Assembly (NCBI RefSeq): GCF_000315625.1
Contig: NW_005434394.1
Coordinates: forward strand, 1-33,864
Source of the DNA: Guillardia theta CCMP2712
Lineage: Eukaryota > Protista > Cryptophyta
Reading direction: 5' to 3'
DNA: 33,864 bases
Every line of letters begins with the position of its first letter. Positions within the stretch are counted from its first letter, which is position 1. Shown in pieces: positions 1 through 11,740 of this stretch. The notes below the pieces were generated by a model. It was given only the letters and a program-made list of their open reading frames with translations. It had not been told where the DNA came from and made no database searches. The position numbers were made by a program, and so were the translations under genes.

Positions 1-246
1 TCCTCCCTTCCTCCCTCCCTCGCCTCCCTCCCTCGCCTCCCTCCCTCCCTCCCTCCGTCCCTCGCCTCCCTCCCCCTCTTCCGCTCTTTGTTCCATCCTT
101 ATTGGTCTTCTCCTTTTCCATCCTCCGACCTACCTGCCTTGCTGTTCGCACCCTCACTGTTTTTCATTTCCTTGTCACTCTCGTCCTGTCCTGCTGCTTT
201 GTGTTGATGTCTGCACCTGCTCTCTTCCTGGTAACTTTACCGCCAG

Positions 247-1208
247 GTAGTGGAGAACTGGACTTCGAAGAGTTCTGTCAGCTTATCGGACCGCAGGTGT
301 GTTCGCTTATTACGAACACAAACTGAGATGATGGAGATGATGGAGATGATGGAGATGATGATGATGATGATGATGATGATGTAATATATGGAAGATATGG
401 AGAGATGATGGAGAATCGGAGGACAAAGAAGGAGAGGATTATTCTGATCCTGATGTTGATTTGCCCTCAGCTCAACGAGAAGGAGCGACCAGACGAGGTA
501 GACCGAGGATACGAGTAAGTCAAGAGTACACAACATGCTTGTTACCTTCACTTCCTTCTGCTCCTCTTCCTAGATTGGATTCTTCCCTGGCTCCCTCCTT
601 TCTTCTCCCTGCTTTGCTTCTGTTTGTATCTGATGAGCTGCAAGTTTGCTCGCGGGTCGAGCCGCCCGGGCAGGCGTGAAAGGGGCAGTGAACACAGGAC
701 AGATTTCCTTTGAGGACCTGAAGCAGGTAAGGGGAGGAGGAAGGAGGGGGAGGAAGAGGGAGAGAGGGAGGAAGAGGAAGAGAGGGAGGAAGAGGAAGAG
801 GAAGAGTGAGTGAGTGAGTGAGTGAGTGAGTGAGTGAGTAAGAGACAGAGGAGCTGACGTGTACGGCAGATCGCCAAGGAGTTTCATGAGTTCACGGGTG
901 AAGAGATAAAGGAGGCTGATCTCAGGGAGATGATCAAGGAAGCTGACCAGGTTCCCTTTCCCTCCCCTACTCTCCTCTCCCACTCCTCCTCCCCTCCTGC
1001 TCTGCTCCCCTCCTCCCTCCTCGTTCGAACGTCTGGTTCCATGGCATGACAGCAGTACGGTGGCAGGGGGACGGGGAAACCGAGGAGGATGGCTCGGGAG
1101 ACGGGGAGGTGTCCTTGGAGGTAGAGCATGCGTTTGTTGGAGCAGAGGGAGCTGATGTGAGCTTGCTAGGAGTTCAGGATCATCTTCCGCAAGGCAGGGT
1201 TGTTATGA
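247..1208 (+). CDS. Centrin/caltractin-like EF-hand calcium-binding protein, 3' exons (5' part lies upstream of the window)
   Basis: Exons read GSGELDFEEFCQLIGPQ (247-296), LNEKERPDE (from 471), NTGQISFEDLKQ (~690-726), IAKEFHEFTGEEIKEADLREMIKEADQ (870-950), DGSGDGEVSLE (~1088-1120) and EFRIIFRKAGLL* (1170-1208). They are mostly bounded by GT..AG and match centrin EF-hands 2-4 (TGKISF..LK..AKE.GE...EL.EMI.EAD.DGDGEV..EEF). Some internal junctions are uncertain. Confidence 0.8.
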
Positions 1209-1720
1209 GTCAGAGAGAGAGAGAGAGAGGGAGGGAGGGAGGGAGGGAGGGAGGGAGGGAGGGAGGGAGGGAGGGAGAGAGAGAGAGAGAGAGGAAAGAA
1301 GAGGGAGAGGAAGCATGCATGAGTTCGTTATCTTGCGAGCTATCTGTACATGAATAGAGAAACAACAATCAACTTCAACCTTCCTAGTACGCGGGCGTAG
1401 AAATATCAAGATCTACCATCACATGTCATCAACTGATTCAGAGACGACGTTGCATGATGAGATGATCATGTTGTTTTCATTTAGTTTATCCACATGCAAT
1501 AAAGGTAACCCTGATAGTTAGAATCGGAAAAGATTTGAAAAGTAAGAAGACAAAAAGTTTTGAAGAGATATCACAGAAGTTTGGCTATGAAAGACAGGCA
1601 CACTCCAACCATTGAAACAAGTTCTCCATCCACCCAGGTTCCATTCATGGTTCAGTCGTCCTAAGTGACGTCAAACGGAGGAGCATACAGCCTTTCGAAG
1701 AAGGACTAGAGTGCAGAAGC

Positions 1721-2059
1721 TCACCCTGTGGAACTTTGCTTCTTCTTTGTCAGGCTGACGCTCTCCCTCTTGAGAACGTGGAGGAGCGTCTGAGAGCTCT
1801 CAAGAATCTTCATGTACGCAGCCTCTGTCTCCATGATAGTCTTGTCGTACTCATTGCGAGAAGCCACCTTCCTTGCCAGCGAGTCGTTGATACGTGAAAG
1901 TCGCTCAGTGAGGATGCGGAGATCGTTTTGGATCTTCTGCTTCTCCTCCTCGTCCTTCAGGATCTGCCTGTTCACTTCCTCTCTCTTCTCCTTGAGATCT
2001 TCGATGCATTTCACCAGCTCATTGTTGTAGTTCTGCAAGGACGCGCCCTGGCTCGCCAT
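1721..2059 (-). CDS. SSNA1: SSNA1/NA14/DIP13 family coiled-coil microtubule/basal-body protein, 112 aa, intronless
   Basis: [28 protein letters not shown]...[30 protein letters not shown] is the highly conserved SSNA1/DIP13 sequence. The true ATG is at 2059; the ORF-track extension to 2218 is upstream non-coding sequence. Confidence 0.95.
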   Translation of the reverse strand: MASQGASLQNYNNELVKCIEDLKEKREEVNRQILKDEEEKQKIQNDLRILTERLSRINDSLARKVASRNEYDKTIMETEAAYMKILESSQTLLHVLKRESVSLTKKKQSSTG

Positions 2060-2420
2060 CGCGCCGCTGTTAGATGGGGACCCTCCAAGGTCCAGTGGCA
2101 ATATCTGGGGTGCGTTTGCAACTTTAGGGGTGGTATAGAGACTAAGTCTCAAGTACCCGGTACTTTTACTGTAATATTTTGGATACAGACCGGGTTGGAA
2201 TAGAACATTCGGGTCCAAACAAAATGGGGTGGGGTACCAAGCTCTTGCACAAGAAGGTACGGAGCCTGGAGGGTCTGAGGATCACCCCACCATATTATGT
2301 CACCCCGTCAAATGGACAATGTACCCTAGTATTATAGTCAAAATATTTCTATAAAGTATGGGTAGGGTAGAGAAAAAGTCGTCCAGGGTCACTACCCCTA
2401 CCACCTACATGATGTGGGCG
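2060..2420. promoter_or_regulatory. GGGGT/ACCCC-rich tract upstream of SSNA1 (putative promoter)
   Basis: Repeated ggggtgg, ggggtacc, accccacc, gggtagggtag and tacccctacc directly 5' of the ATG. Same composition recurs 5' of other genes. Confidence 0.45.
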
Positions 2421-3067
2421 CGGCGGTTAGAATCGACTAAAACTATTCTAAACTAAGTTACTGTTCCAAACTAAGACTACTTTTAGTAGATATATATAAG
2501 TATTATTCATACATAAATATTTTTACTAGTAGCGATAACAAAATCTTTATTTAAAATATTATTACAATTTTTCTCAAAATATTTATATATTGTACCATAT
2601 ATCACTCATTCAGCCCACAGCTACTTATTCATTGTAACTTCAATAGACGACCATTCTAAAATAACATTTTAGTTTGATTTAATAATCAAAAAGTGTGGGG
2701 CAACCGAACGAAAATATAACGGGCGAATCAGTTTGAATCACAAACTGACGCGGCCCGGCGGCCCGGCGGCCGGGCCCGTTGTCTCAGATCGGACTCCGAC
2801 GGTCCGATCGCCCGGCGGCCCGGCCGTGACACCCGGGCCTCTACGAATCACAATCAAGTTCTCTCGGCCAGCAGTGCAGCTAGTAAGTCACGACCACAGT
2901 GTGATGCGGTCACCGACCGACCACTTCAGCCTATGGTCTCGCTGAGGCCCAGAGGAGGCCACACAGGCTAGTAGGGAGTCCCGCAGGCAGGTTACTGAGT
3001 ATCAGATCAACAAGAGCGTGTGCGTCTAAACTTTACTTGAGAGTTGTGACAGTGAGATCAGACGTCC

Positions 3068-4361
3068 TTATATCCTAGAGGGGTAGAGCATGACGCGAAC
3101 GCTTCCGCCAAGAGCCTTGGGCGGCAAGTTTCGCTGGAATTTCGCGCGGACGGTTCCGCTACAAGGGATCGAGTCAGAGAGAGAGGAGGCACAAGAAGCA
3201 GGATGAAAGATGGAGAAGCAGGAATAGCGTAGAAGGAAGGGGATGCTAGGAGCCTCACTTGCTGCCATGTGCACGGGTAATTCTTCCCCAGATAGTGCGG
3301 AACTTGGTTCCCCTGATCTCCTTCTGGCCCCTGGAACAACAGTCACGAAACAGTCACGAAACCCTAAGAGAAGCAAGAGCGGGAGCGGGAGAAGGGCAGG
3401 GAGAGGAAGCGGGAGAGTCAGAGGGAGGAAGAGAGAGGGAGATCAAGCCGTGTCTCACTTGTAGATGTAGACGACGCGCTTGCCAAGGTAAAACTCAGTT
3501 GCGTCCTTATCCCTGACTCCCTCGATCTTGATGAGCGAGGTGTGCTCGTACTGGTTGCGGAGCCCCCTGCGGTATCCCAGGACAGCGCCCTTGACGTACA
3601 GCCTGCAGGAGGAGACGGTCAACAATGCACATTCTATCAAGATCTTGAACAATACAAAAAACAATGATACGGTGGAGCTCATGGCCCGAGAATAACACTA
3701 CGCTTGTTCGACTCTATCTCGAGAGCACGTGGCACTCAAGACAGAAACACGCACTCGACAATGATGCACATCGGAGACATCAATCAAAATCAACCACATT
3801 GAGCACTGCTATCAACATACAACTCTAAAATGTGCAAATGCAACAAACTGGGGGCAACACAAAATGAGATTCTGGAATTCGCAATCATCATGCCATTCAT
3901 GAGCGCGTACGCCAAACTACACGTGATCATATGGAAAACGAGATGAACCATCAAGTTTCCGCCTGCTTTCGTTCTCCTTTCATGTCTAATGCATTCGGAA
4001 AAAATCCATTCACGTGACGGTTCAAGTCAACTCTTTCACTCTCAGCATCGTAAGGTTAGAAATGATTCTGCGTTTCTCTCCATTGAAACTCAGAACAGAA
4101 AGAATTCGAGGACGAAACCAACCAAGATAAGGAATTTCTCATCCCACATAGTCAGGGATCACGATTCACACCGCACTCGTCAACACGAACACTGCGCCAC
4201 ACCCATTCTCATACTCTCTGACATGATGAACTGCACATTCACCAACACCGGACTCTCTCCTACGGATGATGTTGATATCAGCATGTTCTGTCTTACCTCA
4301 CAGGCTGCGTCTTGAACGTCTTCACCGTCTTATCCTTCACCTGCTTCACCTGAACTCCCAT
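3068..4361 (-). CDS. RPL35A: 60S ribosomal protein L35a (eL33), four exons: 4361-4297, 3602-3459, 3330-3259, 3158-3068
   Basis: The spliced product is [123 protein letters not shown]. All three introns are GT-AG with compatible phases. Confidence 0.96.
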
Positions 4362-4364
4362 GGC

Positions 4365-4719
4365 GCCGATGCCTCACGAGCGATTCCCAAAAAAAAAATA
4401 CACAACCCCCCTCACCTCCTGCCACCCACCCCACTAAAATTTTACCACCCACCTTTCAGAGAAATTTAGTACCCACCCAATGTTCCATCTTCAGGTGATA
4501 GGAGAGGTCAGTTAGGTCATTATCTCATAATACCCGGTTATAAAGAGCAATATTTACCTATAAAGTACCGGTATATCATTATCATCACCCCTTACTTTGA
4601 GGTACTTGTTTGAACTACCCACCACATCATATAACCCTACCCATCTCGAAATATACTACTCACCCTCCACCCGTCCCTTCGAAGAACTTCCCTCATCCCC
4701 CTCGTGCCCCATGTGCTGA
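4365..4719. promoter_or_regulatory. Putative bidirectional promoter between RPL35A and the kinesin gene
   Basis: ~350 bp between divergent starts, dense in ACCC/CACCC/TACCC words. Confidence 0.5.
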
Positions 4720-5908
4720 ATGAATAGGCCCTCATCCCCCACTGCGGCCCTCATACAGTCCGCTTCTCAGTGCCAGGACTACCCGGCATCGGGAAGTCGG
4801 GCCCGGGGCGGCCCGGTGGCAGTTCTGGAAACAGTGAGGCGGGTTCTCTATTTGTTATTGAGTAAAAGTCAAATTCGGAGGGAACGAGTGAGGAGGGAGG
4901 GAGAGGGGAGAGGGGAGAGGGGAGAGGGAGAGGGAGAGGGAGAGGGAGAGGGAGAGGGAGAGGGAGAGGGAGAGGGAGAGGGAGAGGGAGAGGAAACGAT
5001 TGACATCGACGATCTGATCATCACAATGATTGCAGTAGCAGCCGCGGGGAAGCAACCATGACGGAAGTTTTTGCACGTTTGTTGATCTGCTGAATCAACA
5101 CGATGTAGCGGTCCGCATCTTTGCTTGTTGCCCAGAGGACTGTCGACTGCGGTGATCTGAGACCTGAGAGGATGTGAATGTGTTTGACGAGATACTGCAG
5201 GCTCATGCTGCTCAATCAAGTCACCCTAGCGAACTTCTACATGAATGATAGCTTCTGGGAGAGCATGTGCGATATGATCGCTCGGGAAAACTTGCTGTAC
5301 TGCCCGAGGGCCCCGCAGAGTCGCACATGGAAGGAGACGTATGGTTACCTGTCCTCCATCAAGTCGACGTTCAGAGCCGAGCCATCGCGATGCGAAACGA
5401 CATGCAAGGAGGGGTGTGATGGGGGGGTGGTGGTACGGCCCAAGACAAGGTCCTGTTTCAACATCAAGGTCTTCACACGCGTCCGACCAGCTCCCAACAA
5501 GCCATGTGAAGAGACTCCTGAGCTGCATGCTGTCACGAACAACATGGCAAGACGCTCCCTGCCTCGTGTCGGAGGAGTCCAGTGACGCAGCTGCAGGTGC
5601 TCCCCCTCCACCAGCGGCTGAAGCTGCTTGCCTCGCAGCACAAGTGCTCTCGAGCAGAGGCTCGGAGGCTCCTGTGGCATGTGAGTTGGAGAGGACGTGC
5701 GGGGAGGATGGGGAGGGTGATAGATTTGTAGCGAGCGGGGGAGACGTTCGATCCTTGGGAGCATGCGTTCATCAAGGAGAACACGCAGAGGAGTTGCGAT
5801 TGTGGAGTTGAGAACAAGATCTCCGAGAAAGTTCACGATGAGATTGAGGTGGGAGAAAATGATGATGGTGATGGTGATGGTGATGATGATGATGACGACG
5901 ACGACGAC

Positions 5909-5939
<31 letters not shown>

Positions 5940-5986
5940 ATGATGATGATGATGATGATGGAGATGATGATGATGGAGATGATGGA

Positions 5987-6024
<38 letters not shown>

Positions 6025-7049
6025 CGTTCTTGACAATGAAGGTAGAGATAGAGATGTATCGTCCCCTGATTTGTTTCCGCAGGCTTGTCTGGTGTCTGTC
6101 GGAGCAGGAAGGGGAGGAAACATACTGATGTGCTGCCCGGGGACGGGGTTGAGAGATTTCCAGTTCGACGAAGTCTTCGATGAGACGAGTCAGCAGGTAG
6201 GAGTATTGACGTTGTCACAACAATCAGGAATAGTTGAAGTGCTGATCTTGGTTGCAGAGTCAGGTGTACTCGTCCTGCGCTAGCGATCTCGTCTCGGATT
6301 TCATCAACGGGAGGAACGCTTGCATCTTTGCGTACGGCCAGACGGGGTCGGGCAAGACGCACACGGTAACGTTGGTGGAGATGTAGAGGGTTGAGGGATG
6401 TTGTGATCAAGATGTGAATGTGGGAGGAGAGAGGTTGGTTGTAGAATGAGAGGCATGTACATGGTTGCAGGAGCAGAGGAGTTGAAACTTTCCCTGCTGA
6501 TCCCTCCCGTAGATCTTCGGACCGGACTTGCACTCGGTGACGAACGTGCGGAGCATCGAGGAGGAGAACTCAGGGCTGGTACCGAGAGTGAGCAAGGAGA
6601 TTCTATCAGCCGCTGCCATGGTTGAGAGTTCCTGGCGTCTTGTTGGGTGCGTGAGCGTCATGGCAGAGGAACAGCGGGGAGATGAGATGCGAGTTGTTCT
6701 TGTCCTACGTGGAGGTGTTTGGCGATCAGGTGAAGACATGTTGTTTGATGTCCGTACATCCTCCCCTTCCCTCGACCGTCTGACATGTCACCCCATCTCC
6801 TCCTCGTCTCCTCCCTGTCCTCCTCCCCCATCTCGTTCACCACCACCACCACCACCTCCTCCTCCTCCTCTTCCTCCTCCTCCTCTGTCTGCATCAACTC
6901 CTGCTCTGTCCTCCTCTAACTTCCTCACCTCAGGTCTCCAACTTGCTCAAAGACAACAAGCCGGTTGGGATGTGGCATGGGGTTGCGCACAAAGCAATCT
7001 TTATGGAGGATTGCTCAGTGAAGGAAAGCTCCTCGTCCTCGTCCTCGAT

Positions 7050-7094
<45 letters not shown>

Positions 7095-7810
7095 CTCCTT
7101 CCAGTCCTCCACCTCCTCCTTGACTTGCGAGCAGATTGAGAGCGAAGAGCAGCTGAGTAGACTCCTTCGGGCTGGAGACGAGGTGATAGACAGGAGGAGG
7201 AGGAGGAATAGGAATAGGAATAGGAGGAGGAGGAGGAGGAGGAGGAGGAGGAGAAGGAGGAGGAGGAGGAGGAGGAGGAGGAGGAGGAGGGTAATTTTGG
7301 CTGGGCAGGCGAAACGACGCGCAGCCACTGCCATGAACGAGAGGTCGACGAGGGCTCATAACCTTATCTTCTTCCTGTGCAAACAGGTCAGAAGCTCGCT
7401 CGCTCCCCTCCCCTCCCCTCCCTTCCCTTCCCTTCCCTTCCCTTCCCTTCCCTTCCCTTCCCTTCCCTTCCCTTCCCTCCCCTCCCTCCCTCGCTCCCTC
7501 CCTTGCCTGCCTGCTTGCCTTCCTTCACTCGTTTAGACTCCTTTCAGGTTGTGAAGCAGACCGATCTAGAGATCTCCAGTCATCTTTGCATTGCTGACCT
7601 CGGCGGATCCGAACAAGTCTTCAAGTCTCAGGTCCTCCTCGTCCTCGTCCTCCTCGTCATCCCCCTCCTCGTCCTCATCCTCGTCCTTGTCCTTGTCCTT
7701 CTTCTCCTCTTTCTTCCCCATCCTCTACTCCTTTCTCCTCAACCTCCTCGGCACTTTCCCTCCTCTCACCCTCCTTCCTTGCCTCTCGCTGCCTCCCTCC
7801 TCCTCCCCGT

Positions 7811-7880
<70 letters not shown>

Positions 7881-7881
7881 A

Positions 7882-7924
<43 letters not shown>

Positions 7925-7925
7925 A

Positions 7926-7961
<36 letters not shown>

Positions 7962-8725
7962 CCTGCCTCCCTGCCTCCCTGCCTGCCTGCCTCTTCTCTC
8001 GCTTCTTGGGTCTCATCCTCGCCTCTAGGTCGCTTCTCTCTCCAAGGCTCGTGGCGGGTAGATCTCCTCCGCTCTCTCTCCTCCGCTCCCGCGCGCGGCT
8101 GACGTGACGAGCAGCTACGTCGTCAAGGACGAGCGATTCCAAGAAGCATGCAACATCAACCTCGGCCTGCTCGCGCTCAAGACGTGAGGGAGAGGGAGAG
8201 GAGGGAAGGGGGAGGGGGAAGGAGAGGAGGAGACGGGGAGGTGGAAAGGGAGAGGAAGGAAGGGAATGGTTGAAGGACTTGGAAGGGAGAAGATGCAGGT
8301 AGCGGGGACAGTGGAAGGGGAGACGGAAGGATGTGGATTGGTGGTTGATGAGGAGAGGAGAATGCAGGATGGCAAAGATGATTATGGCAAGGAGGAAATN
8401 NNNNNNNNNNNNNNNNNNNNNNNNNNNNNNNNNNNNNNNNNNNNNNNNNNNNNNNNNNNNNNNNNNNNNNNNNNNNNNNNNNNNNNNNNNNNNNNNNNNG
8501 AGGAGGAGGAATAAGAAGAAGAAGAAGATGATGATGAGAGATGATGATGATGATGGAGATGATGATGATGGAGATGATGATGATGATGGAGATGATGATG
8601 ATGGAGATGATGATGATGATGGAGATGATGGAGATGATGATGGAGATGATGATGATGGAGATGATGGAGATGATGATGGAGATGATGATGATGATGATTG
8701 AGATGATGATGATGATGATGATGGA

Positions 8726-8768
<43 letters not shown>

Positions 8769-9877
8769 ATGATGGAGATGATGATGATGATGATGATGAT
8801 GATACTGATGATGTTGCAAGAGATGAGAATCGAGACGATGATGATAAACTCGTTCTTTGGGGTTCACCAGTCTCATCGTCTATACTTTTTCAGGTGTATC
8901 AGAAGTCTCATTCAGAACTCGGACGAGCAATCGACAGATTCGAGCTACGTTCCTTTCCAGGACTCCCGTCTCACCATGTTGCTGTCATCAGGTGGGGCGA
9001 CCTTGATAGGTTTCGTGTCTTTCAGCTGTTGAGATGTACAAGTTGAAATCTAGACGACGTGTAAGATGTAGACGACGTGATGAAGAAATGTAGCGTACAA
9101 GATATCATGTCAAAGATATCAATGACAATTTGTACATGATATCATGTCAAAGATATCACGTGAAACGTGTCATGGGTGTGATTTCTTCCTTGTGCAGCTC
9201 TAGGAGGAAATTGCAGGACAGCGGTGGTCGTTACTGTCAGCCCGGAGAGAAGAAATGCCGTCGAGACTCTTGTGATCCTGCTGCTGCTGCTGCTGATATT
9301 CCTCCTCCTCCCCCTCCTCCTCCTCCTCGTTCTTCTCCTCTTCCTCTTCCCTTCCTTGACGTTGATGACCAGCATTCACTTCGCTTTGGAGAAGAATGCT
9401 CTCAAGTAGTCCTGCGCTCTCTTGACAGGTACAGCACCTCCACCACCTCCTCCCCCCTCCTCCCTCCTCCTCTCTCCTCTGCCCTCCTCTCTTCTTTCTC
9501 CTCCTCTCGCATCCTCTCGCCTTTTCTCGTTTCTTTCCTCTTCCCCCTCCCTCCCTCCCTCCCTCCCTCCCTCCCCTGCTCCCTGCCATGACTCTGCTCC
9601 TTGTCCTCCATGACTGGCTACAGTGTGGCGGCAGCTACCCAGGCGCTCAAGGCGCTCGACGAGAGGATCCGAGAGGTAGCAACGCTGCGTCCTCTCTCAG
9701 CGTCGGCGCTGACGAGGATGGAGGTGGAGGAGGAGATCAGGAGGAAGGAGAAGTGGGAGACCGTCCGTACTGTCCGTAAGGATGCTCTTCACCAGAAGGA
9801 CGAGGCTACTCAGGAGGTGGAAGTTGTAACGACGAGCAGGTGCGAGGCTGATTGTTCCCATCATGCTCCTACAGCGA

Positions 9878-9967
<90 letters not shown>

Positions 9968-10190
9968 TCCTCCTCCTCCTCCTCCTCCATCTCTTCCCTT
10001 CTCGGCCCTCCTTCTCCCATCTCGTCCTCGATCTCCATCTGATCTTTCCACACCTGTTGCTTCGCTTTCCTCACCCTTGCTAGTGTACGGTAACTCTGGC
10101 TTGGGCAGACTGGTGGGGGCTGAGAGCGAGCGGAGGGAGCTTGAAGGGCTTCTGGCTCGGAGGAAGGCGATCACGGGGGAGGGAATGTGA
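4720..10190 (+). CDS. Divergent kinesin motor protein with N-terminal F-box-like region and short C-terminal coiled coil; ~20 exons, start exon tentative
   Basis: Exon translations in order: [41 protein letters not shown] (P-loop 6336-6359), [28 protein letters not shown] (switch I 7336-7359), IADLGGSE (switch II 7596-7613), [50 protein letters not shown], then a helical tail ending [10 protein letters not shown] at 10190. Confidence 0.88.
5858..6023. repeat. (GAT)n/(GATGGA) intronic microsatellite (similar at 327-381 and 8527-8812)
   Basis: Directly visible trinucleotide array. Confidence 0.95.
7405..7990. repeat. Intronic simple repeats (CCTTC)n and (CTGC)n flanking a kinesin exon
   Basis: (CCTTC)n at ~7405-7480 and (CTGC)n at ~7811-7990. 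Also (GCTT)n at ~9879-9936, (GAGGGA)n at ~4900-4992, (TGAG)n at ~805-839 and (CCTGCT)n at ~29337-29408. Confidence 0.95.
8400..8499. other. Assembly gap (100 N)
   Basis: Run of N. Confidence 1.
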
Positions 10191-10316
10191 TGCTGATGGG
10201 GCGTAGCGGATAACAGTGAAGGCGCAGAAGGGAGGGGAGGGAGGAGAGGAGCGGAGCGGAGCGGAGAGGAGAGGGGAGGAGAGGAGAGGAGAGGAGCGGC
10301 CTGTATCTTGAACATG

Positions 10317-10678
10317 TCACACTAGGCCGGAAGGAGGAGGATGAGGAATGTAAACCTAAACCCAAGCCCAGTCCCGGTACGCCGGCACCCGGCTGAGCTC
10401 AGACTGAAGTTCAGCTTCAGTTTCGCTCCACTCACCTTGACATGGTCGGCTGATGCTGCAGACCCTGACACCCTCCCCTGTGATAGCCGTCCTGCCAGCC
10501 CGAACTTCTTCAACAGCCCTTCTCTCTCCCTCTTCTCAACCTCTAACTCTCCGCTCCCACGACGAAGTCTGATCCAAGATAAAGGAGGAGCAAGGCGAGA
10601 ACCAGCTGGGGAAAGAACAGAGGGATGTCGAGAAGGGCATGCGAGCAGCAGCAGTTCCTCCTCTTCCACTTCTGACAT
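10317..10678 (-). CDS. Possible small two-exon hypothetical gene convergent with the kinesin
   Basis: MSEVEEEELLLLACPSRH...EKREREGLLKKFGLAG...ADHVK followed by a strong AAG|GTGAGT donor (~10435) and a TTTAG acceptor leading to VYIPHPPPSGLV*. No family recognised. Confidence 0.3.
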
Positions 10679-10869
10679 CGAGCGCAAGGAAGAATGATGA
10701 TGATGATGGGAAAGGGATAGGAGCACGGCAATGAGTTGACATCAATACTACAGCCGCATGATCTCCATTGATCGTGTCTTTTATTCATACATCTTGCACA
10801 TACCTCCTATCTCTACATCCTTTGTACACCCTCTCTACATCCCGCCTCCCTCCGAGTCCCTCCCCCTCT

Positions 10870-11100
10870 TCACAGCCGCATCGCCTCCCCCGTCGCCCCG
10901 TACACCACCGGCCGCTCTGCTCGCTCCAGAAGCTCGATGCAGTGCCTCAGCGCCGCAAGCTGCCGCTCCCTCGACGGCCCGCTCCTCCAGTCCCTCGCCC
11001 CCTCCTCGCCGCTCCTCCTCTTGGCTGACACAGGCGACGAGGGTCTCAGCACCTCGGCGAGCTCGAGGTCGGAGTCGGAGTCGGAGCCGTCGGAGCTGGA
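10870..11100 (-). CDS. Orphan ~106-aa multicopy gene, copy A (5' end lost in assembly gap)
   Basis: Reads ...SSSDGSDSDSDLELAEVLRPSSPVSAKRRSGEEGARDWRSGPSRERQLAALRHCIELLERAERPVVYGATGEAMRL*. Nearly identical to copy E, including the 3' flank with AATAAA. Confidence 0.65.
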   Translation of the reverse strand, partial: SSSDGSDSDSDLELAEVLRPSSPVSAKRRSGEEGARDWRSGPSRERQLAALRHCIELLERAERPVVYGATGEAMRL

Positions 11101-11740
11101 NNNNNNNNNNNNNNNNNNNNNNNNNNNNNNNNNNNNNNNNNNNNNNNNNNNNNNNNNNNNNNNNNNNNNNNNNNNNNNNNNNNNNNNNNNNNNNNNNNNN
11201 NNNNNNNNNNNNNNNNNNNNNNNNNNNNNNNNNNNNNNNNNNNNNNNNNNNNNNNNNNNNNNNNNNNNNNNNNNNNNNNNNNNNNNNNNNNNNNNNNNNN
11301 NNNNNNNNNNNNNNNNNNNNNNNNNNNNNNNNNNNNNNNNNNNNNNNNNNNNNNNNNNNNNNNNNNNNNNNNNNNNNNNNNNNNNNNNNNNNNNNNNNNN
11401 NNNNNNNNNNNNNNNNNNNNNNNNNNNNNNNNNNNNNNNNNNNNNNNNNNNNNNNNNNNNNNNNNNNNNNNNNNNNNNNNNNNNNNNNNNNNNNNNNNNN
11501 NNNNNNNNNNNNNNNNNNNNNNNNNNNNNNNNNNNNNNNNNNNNNNNNNNNNNNNNNNNNNNNNNNNNNNNNNNNNNNNNNNNNNNNNNNNNNNNNNNNN
11601 NNNNNNNNNNNNNNNNNNNNNNNNNNNNNNNNNNNNNNNNNNNNNNNNNNNNNNNNNNNNNNNNNNNNNNNNNNNNNNNNNNNNNNNNNNNNNNNNNNNN
11701 NNNNNNNNNNNNNNNNNNNNNNNNNNNNNNNNNNNNNNNN
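11101..11740. other. Assembly gap (640 N) between paralog copies A and F
   Basis: Run of N. Confidence 1.

Noticed and set aside
5763-9032. Poly-Met, poly-His, poly-Asp, poly-Ser and PACL-repeat ORFs in the track
   Set aside because: These are translations of intronic microsatellites within the kinesin gene.
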